DNA of 32,000 bases from Pirellula sp. SH-Sr6A (GCF_001610875.1 NZ_CP011272.1:817988-849987); one strand, 5' to 3'; counted from the first letter of the stretch, positions 17,495 to 27,043 are shown. A program made the numbers and translations. The notes: generated from the sequence alone by a model not told the origin.

Positions 17495-18481
17495 TTAACG
17501 GTCGACCGGCGGGCTTGGCCTCAATGGGCGCGAGCCAGGCGATTGGGGGCTGTCATACGCGGCGACGATTTTTCGGACGAGCGGATGACGAACGATATCT
17601 CCCTCCGATAGCCGGACAAAGCTAAGTCCGGGAATTCCACTCAGTCTCTGGACGGCGTCTCGAAGACCGCTCGTGGTACCAGGTGGCAAGTCGACTTGCG
17701 ACACATCCCCGGAAACCACGATCTTGGAGCCTTCGCCCATCCGTGTCAAAAACATCTTCATTTGCGCGACAGTGGCGTTTTGCGCCTCGTCCAATATAAC
17801 AAATGCTTGATTCAAGGTTCGGCCTCGCATGTAGGCCAACGGAATGACCTCGATGACGTTCTGCTCCATCAAGTATTTGACTTGATCGAAATCGATCATC
17901 TCGTTGATGGCATCCAGCAGCGGTCGCAAATAGGGATTGAGCTTCTCCTGGAGATCTCCCGGTAGGTACCCCAAACTTTCCCCCGCTTCGACCGCCGGCC
18001 TGACCAAAACAATTTTCCGGATGGACTTAGCCTTCAATGCTTCAACAGCCATGGCGACCGCGAGATAGGTTTTTCCACAACCGGCGGGACCGATGCAAAA
18101 GGTCATATCGTGCTGCCGTATCGCCTCCAGGTAGGCGGCCTGCCCCTCCGTTCGAGGTTTGATCCGCCTGCCGGCATTTCCAATGGCAACTTCGTTCTTG
18201 TCAAATCCTGGCGCAGTTCGTTTGTCCGTCGATCCGCCCAGTGCGTCAGCAACATCGTCGGGCCCCAATGCGCCGGTCCGAAAGACACGGTCCTTCAATC
18301 GCTCCAAAACCTCGGTGGCAATGCGTACCGACTCGCTTGGACCCGAGATGCGAATCTGTCCGTTGCGATGCGTGATCGCGACTCCCAACTGATTTCGGAC
18401 CAACCGCAGATTGTTATCGTTGGGGCCGAACAATTGAAGCGTGATGTGGGGGTCGGATAGAGTGATCGTTGATTCTGACAT
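17495..18481 (-). CDS. phoH: PhoH family protein (PhoH-like ATPase)
   Basis: FCIGPAGCGKTYLAVAMAVEALK, IVLVRPAVEAGESLGYLPGDLQEKLNPYLRPLLDAI, AFVILDEAQNATVAQMKMFLTRMGEGSKIVVSGDVSQVDLP. Confidence 0.95.
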   Translation of the reverse strand: MSESTITLSDPHITLQLFGPNDNNLRLVRNQLGVAITHRNGQIRISGPSESVRIATEVLERLKDRVFRTGALGPDDVADALGGSTDKRTAPGFDKNEVAIGNAGRRIKPRTEGQAAYLEAIRQHDMTFCIGPAGCGKTYLAVAMAVEALKAKSIRKIVLVRPAVEAGESLGYLPGDLQEKLNPYLRPLLDAINEMIDFDQVKYLMEQNVIEVIPLAYMRGRTLNQAFVILDEAQNATVAQMKMFLTRMGEGSKIVVSGDVSQVDLPPGTTSGLRDAVQRLSGIPGLSFVRLSEGDIVRHPLVRKIVAAYDSPQSPGSRPLRPSPPVDR

Positions 18482-18551
18482 ATGCTTTCCGGTTGAGACC
18501 GTCTCCTAGTATGGTATGCGTTCGGTCCCAACCCAGTCAAAGTGCTTTGCC

Positions 18552-19490
18552 TTAAAGCTGGGCGATCAATCCTAGGTAACCGATGTAAGAAGCCGGGAGG
18601 ACCGAATCGGTCACATCCCAAACCCCTCCCAAACCCGGAAGCAAATTGCCGCTGTCTTTGGCACCCACGCTCCGCTTGACCATCGATTCCAGCAAATCCC
18701 CTACCAAACCCGCTGTTGTCAACAGAATTGCCAACAATGCGGGGCCCCAACCGGTGAGGCCGGGCGAAACTCCCATCAAAGGTAACGCCCATCGTAGCGC
18801 CAAATATGCCGCCGCAATCGAGAAAAGATAGCCGCCGAGGAGTCCTTCCATCGTTTTCCCGGGAGATACCGAAGGGATTAGTTTGGTTTTACCGAACAGT
18901 TTACCGGAAAAGTAAGCCCCGGCGTCTGCCAGTTTTACGATCGCCAACAAGGCGATGAGCTCATAAAGCCCGCTTGACTCGCCTCGCATGCGAATCACAT
19001 GCCACAGGGATAAGCCCGAGATGACGTAGCAGATGATGACCGAAGAGAGCAACCAGCCGAGCAAGGTTCGCTGGTGCCAAGCATTCTTTTCTTCCTCGCT
19101 CGCGCTCAGTTCGGCAGGTGGACGAAAAAGGGTCAACGCATGAACACCATTCAATCCGACCCCCACCATGGAGCCGATCAAGATCCAGCCTAATCGACCG
19201 ACGGGACAATCGGTGGGATAGCTCTTTTGCATGACCACGCTATACCCGATAGGGAACAAGCCAATCAACAAAGCAATCGATGCGTGCCATGTGACCATTG
19301 GCGCCGAAACAGCCCAACGGCGGCCCAGCAAGGTGGCAAACTCCCAGACAGTCCCCAATGCGAAAAACGCTAACATCGGGATCGTCCAAAGCCCCGCTTG
19401 CCCCCTGACTTGATGATTCAAGTCCAGCCAAATCAGCCCGAGCGAAAGGCTGATCAGAACCGCTGCAGAAAAAAGCCTTCGCGATAGCAC
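18552..19490 (-). CDS. cdsA: Phosphatidate cytidylyltransferase
   Basis: Multi-TM protein with DAGAYFSGKLFGKTKLIPSVSPGKTMEGLLGG and C-terminal LVGDLLESMVKRSVGAKDSGNLLPGLGGVWDVTDS. Confidence 0.9.
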   Translation of the reverse strand: MLSRRLFSAAVLISLSLGLIWLDLNHQVRGQAGLWTIPMLAFFALGTVWEFATLLGRRWAVSAPMVTWHASIALLIGLFPIGYSVVMQKSYPTDCPVGRLGWILIGSMVGVGLNGVHALTLFRPPAELSASEEEKNAWHQRTLLGWLLSSVIICYVISGLSLWHVIRMRGESSGLYELIALLAIVKLADAGAYFSGKLFGKTKLIPSVSPGKTMEGLLGGYLFSIAAAYLALRWALPLMGVSPGLTGWGPALLAILLTTAGLVGDLLESMVKRSVGAKDSGNLLPGLGGVWDVTDSVLPASYIGYLGLIAQL

Positions 19491-19529
19491 TGGTGGACTT
19501 TCCGAGAGAAATGCAGAACGAGAGGACTC

Positions 19530-20621
19530 TTACACGTTGAACAAGAAGTGGCAAATGTCGCCGTCCTGCATCACATACGACTTGCCCTCCGTCCTCAGTT
19601 TACCAGCTTGCCGGATATCTTTCTCGTTCCCAAAGGTTTCCAAGTCCTCGAGACGGTAAACTTCGGCTCGAATGAATCCACGCTCGAAGTCGCTGTGGAT
19701 CACTCCCGCCGCTTGGGGGGCTGTAGCTCCGATGGGGATCGTCCAAGCCCTCACTTCCTTTTCGCCTGCGGTGAAGTAACTTTGCAAACCGAGTGTTTGA
19801 TAAGCTCTTTGTGCTACCACATGCAACGCCGGCTGCGCCAATCCCACCGCCGCTAACATTTCGCTTCGGTCCGGCTCGTCCAACTCTGCGATCTCGGCCT
19901 CGAGTTTCGCGCACACGGGTACAACCTGAGCCCCGATCTTTTCCGCGAACTCGCGTACCTTTTGAACCGGTTCACTCTTCCCCTCCAAATCGTTCTCGTC
20001 CACGTTGGCGATATAGAGAATCGGTTTTGCCGTCATTAATCCGAAACTGGAAATGGCTTTCGCTTCCGCTTCCTCCAGCTTCAATTTGCGAAGCGGTTCC
20101 TCTTTGTGAAGGAACTCCAAGCAGTGCTGAATGGCCGTCGTTCGCAGCTTCGCTTCCTTGTCCCCCGTTCGAGCAGCCCGTTCCGCTTTGGGCAACGCGG
20201 CTTCGAGCGTCTCGATGTCCGCGAACATCAATTCGGTCTCAATCGTTTCGATGTCCGAAAGAGGATCGACCTTGCCTCCCACGTGAATCACATCGGGATC
20301 GGTAAAACATCGCACGACTTGAAGGATGGCATCCACCTCGCGAATGTGACTGAGGAATTTGTTCCCCAACCCCTGGCCTTCGCTCGCCCCTTTCACGATC
20401 CCCGCAATATCGACTAGCTTCAAAATCGCAGGAATAACTTTTTGCGGAACGATGTACTTGGTGATGCGTGTCAGCCGATCATCGGGAACGCTTACAATTC
20501 CTTCGTTCGGTTCGATGGTGCAGAACGGATAGTTGGCAGCTTGCGCATTCCCCGCTCCCGTCAATGCATTGAACAACGTACTCTTACCCACGTTGGGCAG
20601 TCCGACAATACCAGCTTCCAT
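19530..20621 (-). CDS. ychF: Redox-regulated GTPase/ATPase YchF
   Basis: [50 protein letters not shown]; NVDENDL; C-terminal TGS-like region DICHFLFNV. Start at 20621 rather than the ORF-track start at 20678. Confidence 0.96.
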   Translation of the reverse strand: MEAGIVGLPNVGKSTLFNALTGAGNAQAANYPFCTIEPNEGIVSVPDDRLTRITKYIVPQKVIPAILKLVDIAGIVKGASEGQGLGNKFLSHIREVDAILQVVRCFTDPDVIHVGGKVDPLSDIETIETELMFADIETLEAALPKAERAARTGDKEAKLRTTAIQHCLEFLHKEEPLRKLKLEEAEAKAISSFGLMTAKPILYIANVDENDLEGKSEPVQKVREFAEKIGAQVVPVCAKLEAEIAELDEPDRSEMLAAVGLAQPALHVVAQRAYQTLGLQSYFTAGEKEVRAWTIPIGATAPQAAGVIHSDFERGFIRAEVYRLEDLETFGNEKDIRQAGKLRTEGKSYVMQDGDICHFLFNV

Positions 20622-20710
20622 AACGACTCGACCGAATAAGTTTGGATGGATTGCAAAAGGAAAAAAGGCAAGACCCAACGGTCTCGCCGTATGCGAGAAA
20701 ACTATCTTTG

Positions 20711-22297
20711 CTACGACTCGTGTCGAAGGAGCGGAAAGAGAATCACGTCCCGGATGCTCTTGGCATTCGTAAGCAACATGATCAATCGGTCGATGCCGAT
20801 GCCGAGACCTCCTGCAGGAGGCATGCCGTGTCGCAGTGCGCGTACGAAGTCATGGTCCATCTTCGCCATGGAGTCCTCTTCCGCCATTCCATCCAATTGC
20901 GTTCGGAACAAGTCCTCCTGGAGGATGGGGTCATTGAGTTCGGTGTAGGCGTTCGCCAACTCCATACCATGAATGAATAGTTCAAAGCGTTCGGCAATCT
21001 CCGGCTTGCCCGTCTTTCGCTTGGTCAACGGGCAGATGCTGGCCGGGTAATCGATAACGAAAATCGGTCCGATCAGCGCGTCTTCGACCTTCTCTTCAAA
21101 GACTTCGCTCTTCACGACATCCGGATGCTTTCCATCGGGCTGGAGTCCAATCTTCTTGGCCAGCTTCGCGATTCCCGCATCGTCATGGAAAGATAAACCG
21201 GTGTGTTCTTCGAACAGATCGCTATACGTTCGGCGTTGGAAGGGAGGAGTGAAATCGATATCGAGATCCCCCCACTTGAGCTGATAGCCTTGACCGGTCG
21301 CTTGGATTGCCTCGCAGATAATCTGCTGGGTCAAATCCATCATGGTCTCGTAATTGGCATAAGCCCAATAGAGCTCAATCATGGTGAACTCAGGGTTATG
21401 CTTTGGGCTGATCCCTTCGTTGCGGTAGACCCGGCCCATTTCATAAACCCGTTCGATGCCCCCGACCAGGAGACGCTTCAGATGAAGCTCCAGGGCGATG
21501 CGTAGGAACAACTGCATATCGAGCGCGTTGTGATGCGTTACGAACGGTTTGGCCGCAGCCCCTCCAGCAATCGTATGCAACGTCGGTCCTTCGACCTCGA
21601 CAAACTGGTGCTTGGCGAGCGTGGAACGGATGGAATGGATGATCTTCGTCCGCTTGGTAAACCGATCGAGCGACTCAGGATTGTAGGTGAGATCCACATA
21701 TCGCATGCGTTGTCGAAGCTCTGGATCTTGCAATCCCGCATGCTTCTCGGGAGGCGGCTCGAGTGTTTTGGTCATAAAGTGAAGCTTGGTCGCGAACACC
21801 GTCAACTCACCGGTGTTGGTCCGCCCCAGCCGCCCATCGATACCTACCAAATCACCGAAATCGAGGAGCTTGATCACATCCAAGTCCTCATCGCTGACCT
21901 GTCCCTTTGCCAGCAAAATCTGAATATCACCTGTCCAGTCCCGGATATTCAAAAACGAAAGCTTGCCAGCGGAACGCAACAGCAAGATTCGGCCTGCAAC
22001 GCGCACCGTAGGACCAATTTCTTCACCTGGGCCCTGCTCCCCCTTCCAAGCCTTGTAGTCGACTGGGGTGCCTGCCGCTGCTAGCTGCTCCAAGTCGGGA
22101 AGTTCGACGAGGGTTCCATCCTCCTTCCGGTACTTGACTTGATCTGCAAGCTCGCGAACACTGCGGATGAAGCTCCTCTCGTCAAAACGCTGCCCCCAGG
22201 GATCGAGCCCCAGAGCTTCTATTTTGTGGAGTTTTTCGAGCCTCGCCGCCTGATGAACGCCTAAACCGGTGTTGTCTTGTTCGCGAGAATCAGCCAT
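20711..22297 (-). CDS. lysS: Lysyl-tRNA synthetase, class II
   Basis: [81 protein letters not shown] and [30 protein letters not shown]. Likely start at 22297 ([11 protein letters not shown]). Confidence 0.96.
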   Translation of the reverse strand: MADSREQDNTGLGVHQAARLEKLHKIEALGLDPWGQRFDERSFIRSVRELADQVKYRKEDGTLVELPDLEQLAAAGTPVDYKAWKGEQGPGEEIGPTVRVAGRILLLRSAGKLSFLNIRDWTGDIQILLAKGQVSDEDLDVIKLLDFGDLVGIDGRLGRTNTGELTVFATKLHFMTKTLEPPPEKHAGLQDPELRQRMRYVDLTYNPESLDRFTKRTKIIHSIRSTLAKHQFVEVEGPTLHTIAGGAAAKPFVTHHNALDMQLFLRIALELHLKRLLVGGIERVYEMGRVYRNEGISPKHNPEFTMIELYWAYANYETMMDLTQQIICEAIQATGQGYQLKWGDLDIDFTPPFQRRTYSDLFEEHTGLSFHDDAGIAKLAKKIGLQPDGKHPDVVKSEVFEEKVEDALIGPIFVIDYPASICPLTKRKTGKPEIAERFELFIHGMELANAYTELNDPILQEDLFRTQLDGMAEEDSMAKMDHDFVRALRHGMPPAGGLGIGIDRLIMLLTNAKSIRDVILFPLLRHES

Positions 22298-22437
22298 GTT
22301 TCCGTAGTGGGTTAGGACAGCGTCAAACCGAGTCGCACAACGCCCCATCGGCGCCGTCGAACGGTCCAGCGATGCGTGTCCGAAGCTTGCAGCTGTCGGA
22401 GGCAGTCTGGAAAAGTCGCAAATTGTAGGGAAATCGA

Positions 22438-22896
22438 ATGGAAAACCAAGCTGTCAAACCGCCGATGGTCCTGATTGTCGAATCGGACCCACTCATGTTG
22501 ACGGGATTGGCAGCGATTCTCGATAAAAAGGGCTACCGATGTTTTTTGGCTCGGACAGTCGAAATCGCAGAACAAGCCACGCAGTCGATCGCTTTTGATC
22601 TGATCGTCTATTCCTTTGCGACCGACCCAATCGGGGCCGCCCAAGCCGTTTCGAAGTTGCGCACCACAGAACAAATGCTCGATTGCCCCGTTCTGTTTTT
22701 GGCCGACGCCTACGACCCCAAATGGATCGAACCACTCAACCTCGCCGGCGGCGTCTACTGCTTACCAAAGCCTTTCGAACCAGAAATGTTTCTCGAGCTG
22801 GTCGATAAAACCTTTTGCTTACCCCACCTGGCTGCGGCCAAGGTCGCGCCCCCCAAACCCCATTTTTCCAAAGATTGGGTTCGCCTGTCTTACTAG
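22438..22896 (+). CDS. Response-regulator receiver-like domain protein (degenerate, stand-alone)
   Basis: PMVLIVESDPLMLTGLAAILDKKGYRCFLA...FDLIVYSFATDPIGA...CPVLFLADAYDP...GGVYCLPKPFEPEMFLELV matches the receiver fold layout, with substitutions at catalytic positions. Confidence 0.78.
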   Translation: MENQAVKPPMVLIVESDPLMLTGLAAILDKKGYRCFLARTVEIAEQATQSIAFDLIVYSFATDPIGAAQAVSKLRTTEQMLDCPVLFLADAYDPKWIEPLNLAGGVYCLPKPFEPEMFLELVDKTFCLPHLAAAKVAPPKPHFSKDWVRLSY

Positions 22897-22964
22897 AGCA
22901 CCGGGATCGGTGGCTTAAACAGAATAGGTAACAGGGTTGGGCGTTTCCCCCCACCTCAGGGCAT

Positions 22965-23076
22965 AAAAAAACTGCCCGTTAGAGGCCCTCGCACAAGAGT
23001 ACGACGCTTATGGCTGCTCCACTTAAGTCCTGACCAGGTTCGCGCTTCCCCCTCGCGAGAGCCACTGACGGGCAGT
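22965..23076 (-). ncRNA. ffs: Signal recognition particle RNA (small bacterial, 4.5S-like)
   Basis: The minus strand reads ACTGCCCGTCAGTGGCTCTCGCGAGG...GAACCTGGTCAGGACTTAAGTGGAGCAGCCATAAGCG...GCGAGGGCCTCTAACGGGCAGTTTTTTT. It has the SRP domain IV internal-loop signature (GGTCAGG...AGCAGCC), a terminal stem ACTGCCCGT/ACGGGCAGT, an inner stem GGCTCTCGC/GCGAGGGCC and a 3' T-tract. Confidence 0.9.
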
Positions 23077-23153
23077 AGCTGTTTCGAGTTGACCAATGGT
23101 ACCAAACAAGCCACCGTTCGGGTAGCTCTCGAGGTGGAATTATCTCCGACAAC

Positions 23154-24431
23154 TCAGCTGCGGACGATACGTCTCGATTTCCCCTCGCTTTTCGGCAGAC
23201 TTCCGATCGGAAGTGGGACCACCGGAATACGCAATCCTAACTGAACCTGCAACGCTTCCTCCAGCAACGTTTGCAATGGCTCGGAACTCTCGATGTCGAT
23301 GGCGACTTCATCGAGCTCCCCCCGTTTCTGAGCACGAATACGAAATTCTTCAATGCCGGGAAACTGACGGATGATCGATTCGATGGCGGTCGGAAAAACG
23401 TTCACACCGCGAACCACGAACATGTCATCGGCTCGACCTAAGATTCCACCCTCCAGTCGGACGAATTCGGTCCCCGACACGTCTCGATCCCAGACCGGCT
23501 GAACAATGTCCTGCGTGCGGTAGCGGAGGACCGGTGCGCCAGCCCTACCCAACGAGGTGATCACCAGTTCACGCCACCTGGGATCGGCGTTGGTTATCGA
23601 TGAGTCCAAAGGCAAAAACTCGGCAATGAACTCGGATTCGATGACATGCAGTCCCTTGCCGTCCGCTGTACCAAATCCCCAAGGTCCAATCTCCGTCGCC
23701 CCCGCATGGTCCATCACTTGAGCTCCGTAAAGCTCTTCTAGCTGGGCTCGCACCGAAGGAATCGAGCCCCCAGGCTCTCCGGCAACAAAGACCGTTCGAA
23801 TGGAACTCTCTCGCAACGAAATCCCTCGCTGCGCCGCTTCCTGCGCTAAGTGCAATGCGTAGCTAGGCGTTCCGAATAAAACCGTGGGTGATGCGGTTCG
23901 AATCAAGTCGATGCGGGCCAATGTGGATAAACCACCCGACGGTATGACCAAACATTCTCTCTGCAAACAAGCATCATGGGCGGACCAAAATCCAATGAAC
24001 GGACCGAACGAAAAAGCCATCAAGATGCGATCGTCGGAATTAATCGAACAAGCATCCAAGACGTATTGCCACGTGGATGTCCACCAATCCCAATCCTCCG
24101 CTGTGTCGAGAATCACCATTGGACGACCGCGGGTCCCACTGGTTCGGTGATAACGCCGGTACCGGTTGGGTGAGTGCGAATGATGTCGCGCGATCCCATC
24201 GATCCCGTCCGATTGCCACTCGGATTTGGTCGACGTAGGGAATTGGCTCCATTGCTCCAACGACTCCAACTGCAAATGCGAAATGCCAAACCGCTCCTGG
24301 TAGTGACGATTAAAAGGCAAGGTTTTCGCAAGCAACTGATTGAGTCGTTCCAGCTGGTATTGCTGCAGTTCCTCGCGAGAAACGGATTGAATGGAACGGC
24401 GAAAAGGGTCCGCAGGAAGTCGTGTTGTCAT
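23154..24431 (-). CDS. Phenylacetate-CoA ligase-like (PaaK-type) adenylate-forming enzyme
   Basis: RYHRTSGTRGRPMVILDTAEDWDWW; VFVAGEPGGSIPSVRAQLEELYGAQVMDHAGATEIGPWGF; APVLRYRTQDIVQP; RLEGGILGRADDMFVVRGVNVFPTAIESIIRQFPGIEEF. Confidence 0.9.
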   Translation of the reverse strand: MTTRLPADPFRRSIQSVSREELQQYQLERLNQLLAKTLPFNRHYQERFGISHLQLESLEQWSQFPTSTKSEWQSDGIDGIARHHSHSPNRYRRYHRTSGTRGRPMVILDTAEDWDWWTSTWQYVLDACSINSDDRILMAFSFGPFIGFWSAHDACLQRECLVIPSGGLSTLARIDLIRTASPTVLFGTPSYALHLAQEAAQRGISLRESSIRTVFVAGEPGGSIPSVRAQLEELYGAQVMDHAGATEIGPWGFGTADGKGLHVIESEFIAEFLPLDSSITNADPRWRELVITSLGRAGAPVLRYRTQDIVQPVWDRDVSGTEFVRLEGGILGRADDMFVVRGVNVFPTAIESIIRQFPGIEEFRIRAQKRGELDEVAIDIESSEPLQTLLEEALQVQLGLRIPVVPLPIGSLPKSEGKSRRIVRS

Positions 24432-24487
24432 CCGAAAGTTGGAAAGTGTGGGCTTTGACCCGTCCGGTCCAAAGCTAAACTGGAGCG

Positions 24488-25099
24488 ATGATTATCGAAG
24501 GCATTATAACGACAGAAAACGCGGACGGTTCGATGCACGTTGCTCCCATCGGACCACACGTCGATCGCGAGCTTCAGTCTTGGAGTGTCAAACCGTTTCA
24601 AACGTCAACAACCTTCCAGAACTTGATTCGCACCAACCGCGCGATATTCCATGTGACGGATGATGCATTGCTCATGGCTGCGTCGGTCTTAGGGATCGGC
24701 AATACTCCCAGCCCAGAAGTATTGCCACCTACACGGCAACAGCATTGGTCGGATCGGATCCAACAGCGTCGCGCATCAAAATGGGTGCACGAGAAAGGCT
24801 GGGTGCTCGAGCAAGCGTGCCGTGCCTTCGCACTTCGAGCGGAACGATGGGATGTGTCGGCTCCCCGCGCCCATGCCGATTGTTCCGTGGTGCATTCCTG
24901 GGAACTGCGCCCTTTTTGGGGATGGAATCGGGCGAAGCATAGCATCCTCGAACTGGCGATCCTGGTCAGTCGCCGACAGTGGTTGCCCCCGAACGAATGG
25001 CAATCGGAATGCGACCGTCATCGCGTCTTCATCGATAAGACAGCCGGGGAGGAAGAGCATGAGGCGTTGGAGTTGCTGCAAGAGGCGATGTCGACATAA
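24488..25099 (+). CDS. DUF447 family protein (flavin-binding split-barrel-like)
   Basis: MIIEGIITTENADGSMHVAPIGPHVDRE...LKPFQTSTTFQNLIRTNRAIFHVTDDALLMAASVLG; C-terminal FWGWNRAKHSILELAILVSR...HEALELLQEAM. Confidence 0.8.
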   Translation: MIIEGIITTENADGSMHVAPIGPHVDRELQSWSVKPFQTSTTFQNLIRTNRAIFHVTDDALLMAASVLGIGNTPSPEVLPPTRQQHWSDRIQQRRASKWVHEKGWVLEQACRAFALRAERWDVSAPRAHADCSVVHSWELRPFWGWNRAKHSILELAILVSRRQWLPPNEWQSECDRHRVFIDKTAGEEEHEALELLQEAMST

Positions 25100-25104
25100 T
25101 GGCC

Positions 25105-25136
25105 ACCGGGCAATTTGACTACCGGGCAATTTGACT
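25105..25136. repeat. Perfect 16-bp tandem duplication ACCGGGCAATTTGACT x2
   Basis: Read directly from sequence; located between the DUF447 gene stop and the Hsp70-family start. Confidence 0.95.
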
Positions 25137-25161
25137 ATACCACCCCATAAGGTCCTACGGC

Positions 25162-26967
25162 ATGGCAGCACAGTTTTGCATTGGAATCGATCTTGGAACG
25201 ACCAACTCTGTCGTTGCGTTCGCCCCCCTGGATGAACCCGATGCGATGGTGGCAGTCCTCCCCATCCCGCAAGTCGTCGCACCAGGAACGGTGGAACGTC
25301 GACTCTCACTCCCGTCGTTTCTTCTACGCACACGCGGACCGATTGACGAGTCGCTCCAAATATCGGGCTTTCGATCCCCGTTTGGTGTGGTGGGCGAATA
25401 CGCTCGCCGCATTGCGAGCGAACAACCAGACCATTGCGTTGCTGCGGCAAAAAGTTGGCTCTGTCACCGAGACGTCGATCGCAACGCACCCCTACTACCT
25501 TGGGGATCGGAGGATCCCGATTCCAAAATCTCGCCCGTCGATGCGACGACGGCGTATCTCACCCATTTGATCGATGCGTGGCATCTCCAATTCCCCGACG
25601 CTCCTTTCCAAGACCAACACATCGTTCTGACAGTCCCCGCTTCCTTTGACCTCGACGCTCGCGAACTGACCAAAATGGCGGCCCTCGCAGCCGGATTCCC
25701 TGAAGCGTTTGTATTCCTCGAAGAGCCTCAAGCGGCCCTTTACAATTGGATTCTTGCCCATGGAAACCAGTGGAGAAAACAACTAAGGAAGCATGACACA
25801 CTTCTCGTTTGCGACGTGGGAGGCGGAACAACCGACTTGACATTGGTCGAAGTCGTCGAGGAGGCAGGAGAACTTCAATTGAAGCGAGTGGCAGTCGGCA
25901 ATCACTTGCTCGTAGGCGGGGACAACATGGACCTAACGCTTGCTCATGTGGCCTCGCAACTGTTCGCAGCTAAAGGTACGAAACTAAACGCATGGCAATC
26001 CATTTCGCTATGGCATTCGTGCCGACTAGCGAAAGAGGCGCTCCTCAAACCGAATGCACCAGCCAGTTTCCCACTCAATGTTCTTGGTCGTGGCAGCAAA
26101 CTGATCGGGGGAACCGTTTCGATCGATCTGGAGCGCTCGATCGTCGAGGCCACACTCGTCGACGGCTTCTTTCCAAAAGTCGGCAAAGGAGAACGCGCCC
26201 TCCAAGACACCGATACGGGTTTTCAGGAAATTGGCCTCCCTTTCGAACCGGACTCCGCCATCACACGCCACATCGCAAGCTTTCTCGACGACCACCTTCG
26301 AAATTCCGATCAACAATCGGTCTCTCACCTTCTGTTCAACGGGGGCGTTTTCAACTCCGAGGCATTCCGCCAACGATTGATTGAAACCATCCGTAGCTGG
26401 CAATCCGATTCCAACGACTCGTCGGGTACGGACTCGCTCCAAGGTCCGCAGGTTCTCGGTGGAATCGAGGAACTGGACCAAGCCGTCGCTTGCGGGGCAG
26501 CATACTATGGATGGGCCAAATCACACGGCGGGATTCGAATCCGCGGAGGAACCGCTAGGAGCTATTACATCGGGATCGAATCGTCCGGCCCCGCTATCCC
26601 CGGAATGCCTCGACCTCTTCATGCCCTGTGCGTCGTTCCGCAAGGAATGGAAGAGGGGACCGAATGCGATATCCAAAGCAAAGAGGTCGGGCTCCGCACG
26701 GGACGCAAAGCGCGTTTCCGATTTTTCTCCAGCACATCACGCTCCGAGGACCGCCCCGGAACACTTCTTCGACATTGGGATGACGAGGAGTTGCTCGAAA
26801 CATCGCCCATGGAAACCGAATTGCCGGCATCCGAAACCCAAGGCCTCGTGCCTGTCCGATTTCACGCCAAAGTAACCGAACTCGGAACATTGGAACTCGC
26901 GTGCAAAAGCACTCGAAATCCAGACGCCTGGAAATTAGAAATCCGCGTCCGCGACGAAGCAGAATAG
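25162..26967 (+). CDS. Hsp70 family protein (non-canonical DnaK-like)
   Basis: CIGIDLGTTNSVVAFAPLDEP; HIVLTVPASFDLDARELTKMAALAAGF; FLEEPQAALYNW; TLLVCDVGGGTTDLTLVEV; VGGDNMDLTLAHVA; HLLFNGGVFNSEAFRQRL. Confidence 0.92.
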   Translation: MAAQFCIGIDLGTTNSVVAFAPLDEPDAMVAVLPIPQVVAPGTVERRLSLPSFLLRTRGPIDESLQISGFRSPFGVVGEYARRIASEQPDHCVAAAKSWLCHRDVDRNAPLLPWGSEDPDSKISPVDATTAYLTHLIDAWHLQFPDAPFQDQHIVLTVPASFDLDARELTKMAALAAGFPEAFVFLEEPQAALYNWILAHGNQWRKQLRKHDTLLVCDVGGGTTDLTLVEVVEEAGELQLKRVAVGNHLLVGGDNMDLTLAHVASQLFAAKGTKLNAWQSISLWHSCRLAKEALLKPNAPASFPLNVLGRGSKLIGGTVSIDLERSIVEATLVDGFFPKVGKGERALQDTDTGFQEIGLPFEPDSAITRHIASFLDDHLRNSDQQSVSHLLFNGGVFNSEAFRQRLIETIRSWQSDSNDSSGTDSLQGPQVLGGIEELDQAVACGAAYYGWAKSHGGIRIRGGTARSYYIGIESSGPAIPGMPRPLHALCVVPQGMEEGTECDIQSKEVGLRTGRKARFRFFSSTSRSEDRPGTLLRHWDDEELLETSPMETELPASETQGLVPVRFHAKVTELGTLELACKSTRNPDAWKLEIRVRDEAE

Positions 26968-26975
26968 AATACGCT

Positions 26976-27004
26976 CTTCATCTTATCTTCATCATTTCTT
27001 CATC
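26976..27004 (+). promoter_or_regulatory. Candidate Pho-box-like operator: three 7-bp direct repeats at 11-bp spacing
   Basis: CTTCATC-TTAT-CTTCATC-ATTT-CTTCATC at 26976-26982, 26987-26993 and 26998-27004, ending 39 bp before the phoU ATG. Confidence 0.6.
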
Positions 27005-27043
27005 TTGAGTCGCTACGATCTCGCCCATTGAAAGCAATCGCAT

